64,000 bases of DNA from an uncultured Spirochaetota bacterium (GTDB lineage Bacteria > Spirochaetota > Brevinematia > Brevinematales > JAOACQ01). Shown here one piece after another: positions 10,636 through 20,475 of the stretch. The stretch is taken from the NCBI GenBank assembly GCA_963835575.1, contig CAWIGG010000002.1, positions 576,001 through 640,000 on the forward strand. The letters are read 5' to 3'. The notes under the pieces were generated by a model, which saw only the letters and a list, made by a program, of their open reading frames with translations, searched no databases and was not told the DNA's origin. The translations under genes were made by a program, and so were the position numbers. The first letter of the stretch is position 1, and every line of letters starts with the position of its first letter.

Positions 10636-10677
10636 TAGACTGTCGACTTCAGACTCACGGCTCATGACTGCCGACCG
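10636..10677. repeat. Degenerate heptamer tandem repeat (6 units)
   Basis: tagactg tcgactt cagactc acggctc atgactg ccgaccg. Confidence 0.55.
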
Positions 10678-11532
10678 TCATTTCCAGACGGTCATTTCTA
10701 TTTTATTTTTTCCGTTGTTCTTTGCGCGGTACATTGTTTCATCGGCTATTTTTAGCGCTTCATCCACGGAAGAGGGTTGTTTTAAAAAAGCCGCGTATCC
10801 GATACTCAGTGATACCGGATAATTTTTCTCTTTCATTTCATCGCGGAATTTTTTCAGGATCCTGTCCAGTACCGTATATGACGCTTCTTCCCCGGTTTCC
10901 GTGAGAAGAATAATAAACTCATCCCCTCCAAGCCTTCCGATAAGGTCATTCTGACGGATATTCTCCTTCATAATCTGGCCGGCGATTTTTAATAATTTGT
11001 CGCCTATCGAGTGTCCCATTGTGTCGTTTATTTTTTTAAAATTATCCAGATCAATATAAGCCAGGCTGAAGGGCCTGCCGGTCCTTGAAGACCTCTGGAT
11101 TTCAAGATCGAGGATTTCCGTAAAATAGCGTTTATTGGCGGAATCGGTCAAAAAATCCATACGGGACAGCATTCTTTCCCGGTTCAGGGATTTTCTCAGC
11201 TGATTAACAATGAAAGCAATCATTAAGAATATCAGAATATCCAGGACTAAATCAAAATAGAGGATATTTATTGAATGGTAACTTAAGTATTTCTGGTTGG
11301 TAAAATAATTTAAAAGAGCGCCAATAATTGAAGCCGCTATTCCATCTGCGGTACTCAGGAATAAAGAAGCTAAAATTACAATCAATGTATAAAAAATGAA
11401 AAGCGACAAATCCGGTATAATATAATCCAGCCATCCGGTCAGGCCCATGAGAATGATCCAGAGGATAGTCAGAAATGCATGCATCCCGGCAGTTTTTTTT
11501 GCAGTCAGTGAAATCAGCTTTTCAAAGAACAA
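10678..11532 (-). CDS. Membrane-bound diguanylate cyclase (GGDEF)
   Basis: N-terminal TMs; DLDNFKKINDTMGH; RLGGDEF. Confidence 0.92.
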   Translation of the reverse strand: MFFEKLISLTAKKTAGMHAFLTILWIILMGLTGWLDYIIPDLSLFIFYTLIVILASLFLSTADGIAASIIGALLNYFTNQKYLSYHSINILYFDLVLDILIFLMIAFIVNQLRKSLNRERMLSRMDFLTDSANKRYFTEILDLEIQRSSRTGRPFSLAYIDLDNFKKINDTMGHSIGDKLLKIAGQIMKENIRQNDLIGRLGGDEFIILLTETGEEASYTVLDRILKKFRDEMKEKNYPVSLSIGYAAFLKQPSSVDEALKIADETMYRAKNNGKNKIEMTVWK

Positions 11533-11976
11533 GCCAAACGCTCCTGATTATAATAATCCTTTAAATTATGTAACTATCCAGCCGCATATTTAATAGCGGA
11601 GCCGTTCAACGCGTCAATAAGGGCTTGATAAACACTGACGCCCATCTTTTTTACTGTAGATATATAACCCCTGATTCTGCAAAAGGCAGCCGCTCCATTC
11701 CAGCTTCTGAATGTACCTGATATTTTCTGCTGGACTTTTATCATTCTGATATCCCGTTCCGCCAAATTGTTGCTGAATGGAACATCTTTTTCCCGCATAA
11801 ATAAAAGGACAGATTCTTTATATTTTCTTAATCGGTCTAATAGGCATAAAACCTTGCCCCGCTTTTTTCTGCCGCGTTTAACAAGTCCTTCCGGCTTTTC
11901 AGGCGTTGGATTTACAGCAAATCCTTTCGCGATGATCCGGTCATATTCCGTATCATATTCTATAATCCTTTCCGCC

Positions 11977-13373
11977 GAGTTATAATAGAAAGTTGTGTAT
12001 AGGAATAAATATTATAAAAAAGATGGCGTACCCTCTATAATTTATTTACGACAATAAACAAAAGGAGGAATACGCCATATGCCGAAGCACAACGAAGATT
12101 TTAAGCTCTTACAGGCTTTTAATCAAGATGAAACAGTAGAATTTTTATGTCTTGAAGAATTGGCAAGGATCGGGGCCAGGGAAATAATCAAGAAGGCTCT
12201 GGAAGATGAAATTAATGGGTTTCTTCAGGAGAGAGAGCATTTAACTATCGAAGACGGGAGAAAGGCAATAGTAAGAAATGGGTATCATAAAGCCCGTCAG
12301 ATTCTCATTGGTGGAGGGGCTATTGATGTATGTATTCCGAGAACAAGGAACCGACTCGGAGGCGACAATTTTCAAAGCCTAATAGTACCGCCGTATATGA
12401 GAAAAAGCCTGAGAATTGAGGAAGCCATTCCATTGTTGTATCTCTATGGAGTCTCAGAGATGGATATGGAGAATGCCTTGAGAGGATTGCTTGGTGAAGA
12501 AGCGAAAGGATTATCAGCCTCAAGTATAAGCAGAATGAAACAAGGATGGGGTAAAGAATATGATGAGTGGCGGACATCCGATTTAAGCGATAAAAAGTAT
12601 TGCTATATATGGGTTGACGGCATTTACTTCAATGTACAGGGCAGCGAAGAGCGTTTATGCACTCTTGTAATGATCGGAGCCAATGAGAATGGTGAAAAGG
12701 AGATTATTCTTGTTGAAGAAGGTTACAGAGAGAATTCCGAGACTTGGTTAGGGATATTAAGAAACCTAAAAGAAAAAGGTTTGAAAGGTCCTATTCTTTT
12801 TATCGGAGACGGAAGCCTTGGATTCTGGAAAGCAGCCAAAGAAGTATATCCTGAATCCAGATGGCAGAGATGCTGGGTTCATAAGATAAAGAACATTCTA
12901 AACAAGCTGCCCAAAGTATTACAGTCAAAGGCAAAAGAGATGCTTCATGACAGATATGCAATGCTCCTGATAAGGATAATGCTATCAAAGCTTTTGAATT
13001 ATTCCAGGCGGTTTTTAATCCTAAATATCCAGCAGCTGTCGAATGTTTAGAAAAGGATTGGGAGCTTATGATCGAATTTTATAACTGTCCGGCGGAACAT
13101 TGGGTACATATCCGTACGACAAACGTAATAGAATCTACCTTCTCTACAGTTCGATTAAGAACTAAAAAGATGAGAGGCTGCGGAACCAGGGAAACGATTC
13201 TAATAATGGTCTATAAATTACTGGATAAGGCATCCAGGCGATGGAGAAAATTAAGAGGTTATGAAAAGATTAGCCTTGTATTGGAAGGCGCTGTTTTTGA
13301 GAACGGAGAGCTTGTAAAAAAGGCAGCATAAAAAAATGAGAGGGTATGTCATACACAACATTTGACAAAAACC
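11977..13373 (+). mobile_element. IS256-family IS
   Basis: Imperfect TIRs gagttataatagaaagttgtgtat / atacacaacatttgacaaaaacc around an IS256 transposase. Confidence 0.85.
12079..13331 (+). pseudogene. IS256 transposase, frameshifted near 12950
   Basis: RNGY, WVDG, GDGSLG, QRCWVHK; the other frame continues NAPDKDNAIKAF...HIRTTNVIESTF; an apparent 2-nt insertion. Confidence 0.85.
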
Positions 13374-14655
13374 AGATTCTTTATATTTTCTTAATCGGTC
13401 TAATAGGCATAAAACCTTGCCCCGCTTTTTTCTGCCGCGTTTAACAAGTCCTTCCGGCTTTTCAGGCGTTGGATTTACAGCAAATCCTTTCGCGATGATC
13501 CGGTCATATTCCGTATCATATTCTATAATCCTTTCCGCCGGTATTGGAAAACTTGCCTCTTTATCATTCTTAATCCTTATAAGAAGATTACCCATCTCCT
13601 TAGCCCATTCCTGACCCATTTCCTCATGTATCCAGATTAGCTCTCTCAAATGGTGTACATTACACAATCCATGACGGCATAAGAATTCCAGATAACTTTT
13701 CCATCCATCGTGGATAATAATACCGGTAAATCTTGTGAGAATGTCCATCGCACGCATCGCCTCTGTGCCGCGTTTGTCATGAGAAAAATAATAGGTAAAA
13801 CGTTCATTCGAGGCAACATGGAGCCATTTTAATAACCCTTTTATCCGAATACCGGTTTCATCACAGTGAAGAACCACTTCTTTTAGTATCAGTTCTATGA
13901 CTTTCTGTTCATACTCTTCTAATTTATTGTAGGTCTCCCGGATAAATCCTTCAATCGTTGCCTTGCTGAGCGGCACTCCCAATAAACATTCGGCGTATTC
14001 CGAAAGCCTTTCATAGGGTATCAACCCATATGTTTTCATATAGACCAGATGCGCTTTAATGTTTTTTCCATACTGTGCCTTATTGGTTATGCCTTCCGGA
14101 AACTCCGCCGTTACTCTCGCACCGCAATGCGGACAATCTTTTACTTCCGAGCGATGTTCGGTAACTTCCACTTTTATCGGAGGTATATCGAACACCTGCC
14201 TTCTTTCCGTCCGCTTAACTGATTCGGAACTTAAATCAATTCCACAACAGGAACATTTTTCAACCTGATGTTCTATGATCTTATCAGGGCTTTCTACTTT
14301 CTTCAGAGTATTTCCCTTATGTCCAAACTGGCCGCCTTGTTTTTTACCGCTCTTTTTCCGTAAATTCTTTACTGTATTTTGGAATGGATTATCGGAAGAC
14401 GGCGGTTTATTGCTGTTATGGCTGTCCTTATTAAGCTGTTCTTCCAATTTCTTAATCTTTTCCGCTTGTCTTTGAATGATTAAACCCTGCTCCTTTATCT
14501 GGTTTTGTAAATCAGCAATGATGCCTTCAAATCGTTTTAAGCAGGCCGCACAGTCTTTTTCTCTTCTATCTTCATTCATGCTATAGAATAGCATGGTTTC
14601 ATGCTCAATGCAAATATTTCATGTGACTATTTTTTAGTGGCTGGATAGTTACTAA

Positions 14656-14684
14656 ATTATAAATATTAGATTGGTTAAAGTCAA
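14656..14684 (-). promoter_or_regulatory. sigma70 promoter, probably the original promoter of the GGDEF gene
   Basis: Minus strand TTGACT-17 nt-TATAAT; the -10 box overlaps the IS66 TSD. Confidence 0.65.
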
Positions 14685-14702
14685 TTAAAATTAACTTATT
14701 AA

Positions 14703-16393
14703 CCTAAACTGAGCGATTCTTTTATTAATTCAAAAAATCGGCCTGTTAAACGGGTGGGGTTTTAGAAATTTTAAGGAGTGAGATATTACCCATCCAATTT
14801 AAAGTACAAGACCCTTTAGAAAAGGTCCTTATTTGTTGAAATTTTAGTTTTGAGCGCAATACCCCCTTATCCGGTTTTTTAGCTTTAATAATTTATATTG
14901 GGACAACGAACAGGCATTTGTCCCAAACTTTAAATAGCCCCAATTCGTCTATTACTTCATGCCGAAATTTCAATACAATTTTTCTGCTTCTTCTTACGAT
15001 CTTTCCGGCTATGTCAATAAAAAGCCGTCTTACAGTGTCCGGATAACTGCCAATTGGGAAGCTATCTGAAAGCGCGTCTTCCTGCATAGCAATCAATAAA
15101 TTGCGGGATATCAGCATCAGAAAATAGTATGCGGCATTTGAGATAAACCTTTTGAAAGGGAGTGTTTCATCCGCAAACTCCTTCACGCTCCGATTTACCA
15201 ATTCATCCTTCGCCCTTAAGAGATAAAGTTCGATAATCTCTTTAGCCGCCAGGTATTTTTCCAGTCCTGCCTTTTTTAGTAATTCCTGATTATATAAATT
15301 TGTGTAAATTAAATTATCCGGTTTCGCAAAATCCAGAAGGTACTCATCTCCATTATTTGCCCTTTTACAGTAAATCGCCCGGCGGCCTTTGCTCCATTTC
15401 TCCCGTTTGTCTCTAAAATCACAATATTCCCAGACATCGCCTTTTCTCTCAAAATTGCTCCAGCCTTGCGGAAGCTTGCGGATCAAATCCAGTTTGATGT
15501 CGTTGTACATTGTACCGCCGCAGATATAGTAATGTCCGTTTTCTTCCATCCATTCATAGTATTTCTGATCATTGAACCCACTATCTGAAACAACAATAAC
15601 CGGCACGTCTTTATCGTATTCTTTACGGATCTTTCCGATGATTTTTTCAAGCGATTCGTTCAGGTCATTCCCGTGATTACAATGTGCGCTCCCTTCCCGA
15701 AACAGCGAATAAATCACATAAGGCCCCCAATAGAACAATAAAGGATGAAACCCTTTTACCATTTTATATGTCAGAGTTACGCCTTCCCGTTTTCGCGCGC
15801 TGTTATTGTCTAATACCGTCGAATCAACACCAAGTACAATTACCTTTGGCCGGGTTATTTTGAGCCGCCAGATAAACAACTCCAGTAAAAAATGACCTAA
15901 AGCATTCACCATTTTTTCCGTTACGGCGCCTAAGAACCGTTTCATTGTATGTGAGGATGCCATTTCATTCTTTGAGAACTCAATTGTCCCGGCATACCCC
16001 ATATTGTTTTTCAGATCGTCAAACCTCGTCATAGTATTTTGGCTTCCGTCAACGAAAAAGCAGAATATCTGCTTTAGTATATTCTCGATCTTTTGCCCTT
16101 TTGAACTTTTCCGCAGGCCGTCAAATATTCCAGTAATCAGCGATAATACGTGTGTCCCTTTGAGGTATCTGCAAAAAAATGCCAATCCTCCCCTGCCGCT
16201 TAATAGATCATCCGTTATTCCAATTTCAGAAATCTCATTTTTGCAATATTTATTTTTTTCAGCCATAATTAACCTGCTTTTGCACCCAATGGGTGTTTTT
16301 TCGGGGTAAGGATGGCGGCAACCATTTCCTTACCCCATTCTATTTTAGCATGGTTTTTTATAATTCGGCTAATAAAGAATCGCTCAGTTTAGG
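14703..16393 (-). mobile_element. IS1380-family IS
   Basis: Perfect 20-bp TIR CCTAAACTGAGCGATTCTTT; flanking direct repeat TATTAA (14697-14702, 16394-16399). Confidence 0.9.
14893..16266 (-). CDS. IS1380-family DDE transposase
   Basis: LSGRGGL, GVDSTV, TYKMVKGFHPL, REGSAHC, DSGF motifs; ORF intact. Confidence 0.88.
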   Translation of the reverse strand: MAEKNKYCKNEISEIGITDDLLSGRGGLAFFCRYLKGTHVLSLITGIFDGLRKSSKGQKIENILKQIFCFFVDGSQNTMTRFDDLKNNMGYAGTIEFSKNEMASSHTMKRFLGAVTEKMVNALGHFLLELFIWRLKITRPKVIVLGVDSTVLDNNSARKREGVTLTYKMVKGFHPLLFYWGPYVIYSLFREGSAHCNHGNDLNESLEKIIGKIRKEYDKDVPVIVVSDSGFNDQKYYEWMEENGHYYICGGTMYNDIKLDLIRKLPQGWSNFERKGDVWEYCDFRDKREKWSKGRRAIYCKRANNGDEYLLDFAKPDNLIYTNLYNQELLKKAGLEKYLAAKEIIELYLLRAKDELVNRSVKEFADETLPFKRFISNAAYYFLMLISRNLLIAMQEDALSDSFPIGSYPDTVRRLFIDIAGKIVRRSRKIVLKFRHEVIDELGLFKVWDKCLFVVPI

Positions 16394-16408
16394 TATTAAT
16401 TAGTTTGC

Positions 16409-16437
16409 TTGACTTAGAATTATGATATCATTATACT
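16409..16437 (+). promoter_or_regulatory. sigma70 promoter of the MFS gene
   Basis: TTGACT-17 nt-TATACT. Confidence 0.6.
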
Positions 16438-16480
16438 AATTCCTTTATATATATAGCAATGCAAGAGAGGATCTGAAGAA

Positions 16481-17734
16481 ATGGTGCGCTTCATTAAATC
16501 ACGGTTATCTGTTATGATGTTCCTGCAGTTATTCGCGTCCGGAGCATTGACGCCGATTTTAAGCCTGTATTTAAAAGGATATCTTCATTTTACGGGAACT
16601 CAGACAGGCATCATCATCGGTATGTCTTCCATCTCGGCTATTTTAGCGCCGTTAATCGGGACTTTTATCGCGGACCGCATGATAAATTCAGAAAGGCTTC
16701 TGGGCATCTGCCATTTGACCGGAGCGGTTCTCATATTCTTATTATCGTTTCAAAAAGATTTTATCCCTGTTCTCATTCTTTATATCTTCTATGCGATGAC
16801 CCTGGGTTCGACTTTCAGCCTGACAAACGCGATTACATTCCATCATTCGCCGGATTCAAAGAAAAATTATGGGAGCGTCAGGGTCTGGGGCACGATAGGC
16901 TGGATTGCCGCGGCATGGGCTCTGGGTCTTCTCTGGATGAAAAACGGCCTGTCTCCCGAAGTGTCGGATAAGCTTCCCCTGGCCCTCAAGGTTTCAGCTC
17001 TTGCATCTTTCATATTGGGCTTGTATGCGTTCAGCCTTCCGCTCGCGCATAAAAAACTGGACAGCGCAGGGAAGTTCCTGCCGGTTGAATCATTCCGGGT
17101 AATGCTCAAGCCTTCAATCTTAATAATATCCTTTCTCAGCCTTCTTATTAACTGTGTGGACCGTTATTATTATTTCGGTACGGCGCCCTTTCTCAAACAG
17201 ATAGGATTTTCAGAAGCCAGTATTATGCCTTTGATGAGCATCGGGCAGATTCCTGAAATATTCGGCATGACAATTGTGGGTTATTTACTCAAGAGATTTT
17301 CCTTCAAGCCTGTACTTATTACAGGGGTTATTATGGAAATACTGCGCTTCAGCTTTTTTGCCGCCGGCTCGCCTCCCGCGCTTATCTATGCCGGGCTCGC
17401 GATTCATGGCCTGACTTATACCTTTTATTCTGTCGTTGTTTTTATTTATCTGGACAGCCATTGCGATAAGCAGACCCGTACGGGAGTCCAGCAGCTGTAT
17501 TCAATTATCGCTATGGCCTTAGGCAGCTTTCTGGGGAGTTTTATCGCAGGAAAAATGATGGATGTTTTTAATACAAAATTAAATAGAATTGATTATACCT
17601 TTTTCTGGATGGTCCCGGCGGTAATATCAGCCGTTGTCATGATCGGAATTTTATTCCTGATTAAAAATGAAAAGGCGAAAATCAACAAATCTTCCGGATT
17701 GAAAGGCGAAAAAATTCCGGCAGATTTAATTTAA
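16481..17734 (+). CDS. MFS nucleoside:H+ symporter-like transporter (NupG/YegT-like)
   Basis: About 12 TMs; RLSVMMFLQ, IADR, VRVWGTIGWI, SIGQIPE. Confidence 0.85.
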   Translation: MVRFIKSRLSVMMFLQLFASGALTPILSLYLKGYLHFTGTQTGIIIGMSSISAILAPLIGTFIADRMINSERLLGICHLTGAVLIFLLSFQKDFIPVLILYIFYAMTLGSTFSLTNAITFHHSPDSKKNYGSVRVWGTIGWIAAAWALGLLWMKNGLSPEVSDKLPLALKVSALASFILGLYAFSLPLAHKKLDSAGKFLPVESFRVMLKPSILIISFLSLLINCVDRYYYFGTAPFLKQIGFSEASIMPLMSIGQIPEIFGMTIVGYLLKRFSFKPVLITGVIMEILRFSFFAAGSPPALIYAGLAIHGLTYTFYSVVVFIYLDSHCDKQTRTGVQQLYSIIAMALGSFLGSFIAGKMMDVFNTKLNRIDYTFFWMVPAVISAVVMIGILFLIKNEKAKINKSSGLKGEKIPADLI

Positions 17735-19476
17735 GCTTTGTATCCGTTTGTGACGGGCATTCTTCTATCGCGCCCGAATGCGCGGGGTGAGATTTTAATT
17801 CCGGGAGGAGATTGTCTCCTTTTATATTCGCTCTTATCGATCATGGAGATGACCCTTTTCACCAGGGCCGCGTCGCCGATTTCCGCGGCTATTTCTTCCA
17901 CCGGACTGTCCTCTTCCACATAAGCGCGGATGACGGCATCGAGGATGGGATACTCAGGCAGGCTGTCGGAATCTTTCTGGTTTGCCCGGAGTTCAGCGGA
18001 AGGCGCCCTTTCAATTATCCGGCTCGGTATGACCGGCTTGATCGCGTTGCGGTATTCCGCAAGTTCGTAGACGGTTGTTTTCAGCACATCCTTGATTACG
18101 GCAAACCCGCCGGCCATATCGCCGTAAAGCGTGGCATAACCGGCGCTCATTTCGCTCTTGTTGCCGGTCGTGAGAACAAGCCAGCCGAATTTATTGGAAA
18201 GGGCCATGACAATATTGCCGCGTATCCTGGATTGTAAATTTTCCTCGGCTATGCCGAAGGGAAGCCCTTTAAAAATTTTCTTGAATTTTAGATTGTAGCT
18301 TTCATAAAGGTCCTGAATGGAAAGCTCCAGGAATTCTATCCCGAGATTCCGGGCGAGAATTCCCGCGTCTTCCCGGCTGATGGAAGCCGAGAATTCGGAA
18401 GGCAGAAATATGCCTTTCACACGGTCCGGCCCCAGGGCATCAACGGCTATGGCGGCAACAAGGGCAGAATCTATCCCTCCGCTGACCGCGACGATCACGT
18501 TTTCGAAACCGTTTTTTTCCACATAATCATGAGTTCCAAGAACTAGAGCTTTATAAATTGAGGCAATATCGCCGGTTTCATCATGAATAATGGCTTTTTT
18601 ACTAAGAGCGCGTGCAGGGGAAATATTCATCTTATCAACTTCAATGATTTTAACTTCAAAAGGGCTTTTCAGATATTCTTTTTCCTGTCTTCTCCGGATG
18701 TCCTTGAGCCTTTTCCTGAACACTGTGTCTGCGTCAATATCAAAAGACATGAAATCTTCCTCAAAGGATCTCATCCTGGCGATAAGCCCGCCGTTTTCAT
18801 TATAAGCGGTTGAGCATCCGTCGAAAACAAGCTCATCCTGTCCGCCGACAAGGTTGCAGTTCAGGAGAATGACGGACTCATCACCCGCTCTTGTGCCGAA
18901 CATCTTTTCACGGTAGCTTTGTTTACCGGTATGGTAGGGCGAGGCGCTGATGTTAATAATGACCTCCGCGTTGCCCGCGACGGATTGATAATGCAGGGGG
19001 CCGACCGGGTACCAGATGTCTTCGCAGATATTTACGCCGATCCGGATGCCCTTATAGATTAAAACAGGCACTGAGTTCCCGGGCGTAAAATAGCGCTTTT
19101 CATCAAAAACGCCGTAATTCGGAAGAAATATTTTGTGATAGATATCAATAAGCTTTCCGTTGTAAATAATTCCGGCGGAGTTGAATATATTATTATCCTC
19201 ATCGTTTTTGTGAATAAAACCTATAATAATAAGAATTTTCTTTCCTTTTGAAAAATCGATGATAGATTTAAGAGCTTCAAGGTTTGATCCGATAAACTGG
19301 GTTTTAAAAACGAGATCTTCCGGGGGATAACCGGTGATGGAAAGTTCCGGGAATACCGCCGCATCAGCCTTGTCCTTGAGGGCTTTTTGTATTAAGAGTT
19401 TTATTTTATCGGTATTTCCCTGAATATCGCCGACTTTAAAATTACACTGGCAGAGGGAAAACCTAAATGTTCTCAT
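17731..19476 (-). CDS. nadE: Glutamine-dependent NAD+ synthetase
   Basis: Nitrilase domain (FPEL, ICEDIW) plus SGGIDS, ENLQSRIRG, TGNKSE, GYATLYGD. Confidence 0.96.
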   Translation of the reverse strand: MRTFRFSLCQCNFKVGDIQGNTDKIKLLIQKALKDKADAAVFPELSITGYPPEDLVFKTQFIGSNLEALKSIIDFSKGKKILIIIGFIHKNDEDNNIFNSAGIIYNGKLIDIYHKIFLPNYGVFDEKRYFTPGNSVPVLIYKGIRIGVNICEDIWYPVGPLHYQSVAGNAEVIINISASPYHTGKQSYREKMFGTRAGDESVILLNCNLVGGQDELVFDGCSTAYNENGGLIARMRSFEEDFMSFDIDADTVFRKRLKDIRRRQEKEYLKSPFEVKIIEVDKMNISPARALSKKAIIHDETGDIASIYKALVLGTHDYVEKNGFENVIVAVSGGIDSALVAAIAVDALGPDRVKGIFLPSEFSASISREDAGILARNLGIEFLELSIQDLYESYNLKFKKIFKGLPFGIAEENLQSRIRGNIVMALSNKFGWLVLTTGNKSEMSAGYATLYGDMAGGFAVIKDVLKTTVYELAEYRNAIKPVIPSRIIERAPSAELRANQKDSDSLPEYPILDAVIRAYVEEDSPVEEIAAEIGDAALVKRVISMIDKSEYKRRQSPPGIKISPRAFGRDRRMPVTNGYKA

Positions 19477-20239
19477 AGATCTTCCTCTTTGAGGCATGCT
19501 CGCTGGGATGAGCGTTTTCCCTTAATGCCCGGAATACCTGCTTCAAGCCTGATTTGGTGACTAAATAACGGTGAAGGCTGTATGTATTTTCATTTTTATT
19601 CAATGGTATTTTGATCAATCCCGGTTGGATGGTAAATGCGTATTGATAATGGGCCTTTATTATATATTCGACAGTTATATCCGAGAATGAGCCGAAAGGA
19701 TAGGCAAATAAAGTCACCGGGGCGGGAAGTTTTTTTTCCAGGACTTCCTTGGATTTGAAGATCTCGCGGTTGAAAGAAAGATTGTCTTTTTCATACAGCT
19801 TCTCATTAATGAAAAGATGGTTGTAGCCATGGGCGCCGATGCATGCGCCGTCATTTTCATATTCTTTCAAATCGCGGTAACTGAGCGCGTAATGCCTGCG
19901 TCCGATAATGGCCGGGTATATAAAAAGGACCGGCTTGATCCCGTATTTTTCCAGGATACTTTTATAAATATTGCGGATGGAACGGTTGCCGTCATCAAGT
20001 GTTATTAAAACATTCATTTTACCGCTCACGTTATTCTCCAGGATATCATCAAAACTGACAAAATGGTATCCCATTTTTATCATGGTATTAATCTGCTCTT
20101 CAAATTCCGCGGGCGAGAAATCATAATCGTCCCTGTCAAGCCCTATAAAAGTATGATAACAGAGGGCAATTGCCGAACCGTCTCCAAATAACAGCGGACA
20201 GGAAAATGCGAATATGATTGAAATCAGCAGTTTTTTCAT
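19463..20239 (-). CDS. Exported polysaccharide deacetylase (CE4)
   Basis: Signal peptide; LCYH, TLDDG, HGYNH, FAYPFG. Confidence 0.88.
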   Translation of the reverse strand: MKKLLISIIFAFSCPLLFGDGSAIALCYHTFIGLDRDDYDFSPAEFEEQINTMIKMGYHFVSFDDILENNVSGKMNVLITLDDGNRSIRNIYKSILEKYGIKPVLFIYPAIIGRRHYALSYRDLKEYENDGACIGAHGYNHLFINEKLYEKDNLSFNREIFKSKEVLEKKLPAPVTLFAYPFGSFSDITVEYIIKAHYQYAFTIQPGLIKIPLNKNENTYSLHRYLVTKSGLKQVFRALRENAHPSEHASKRKIYENI

Positions 20240-20475
20240 TTTTTAGTTCCTTCATTTAATAATTTATTGACAAATCATTATTAATTCAAGCTGATGAGCG
20301 ATTATTATAAACTATAATTGAACTTTATTCCAGTACGGATAAATATTAAAGCGTATACCTTTTTTTCGGACATTTTAGAGGTGAACTTGAAAATGAACCG
20401 CTGATTAACGGAAGTTGTTATTAACCTGAGGCTTTTAAAACTGTTCTTAATTTAATTTGATCTTTATAAGAATAT

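Larger units (their letters stand above)
11811..13539 (+). repeat. 166-bp direct duplication flanking IS256 (11811-11976 = 13374-13539)
   Basis: Apparently identical agattctttatattttc...aatcctttccgcc on both sides. Confidence 0.9.
11574..14594 (-). pseudogene. IS66 transposase split by the IS256 insertion
   Basis: 5' part: NSNKPPSSD, zinc finger, HCDETG, HDGW, CNVHHLREL; 3' part: VPFSNNLAERDIRMIKVQQKISG. Confidence 0.88.
11570..14652 (-). mobile_element. IS66-family IS (single-ORF type), interrupted by IS256
   Basis: 14-bp TIR GTAACTATCCAGCC / GGCTGGATAGTTAC; 8-bp TSD TAAATTAT (11562-11569, 14653-14660). Confidence 0.92.
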
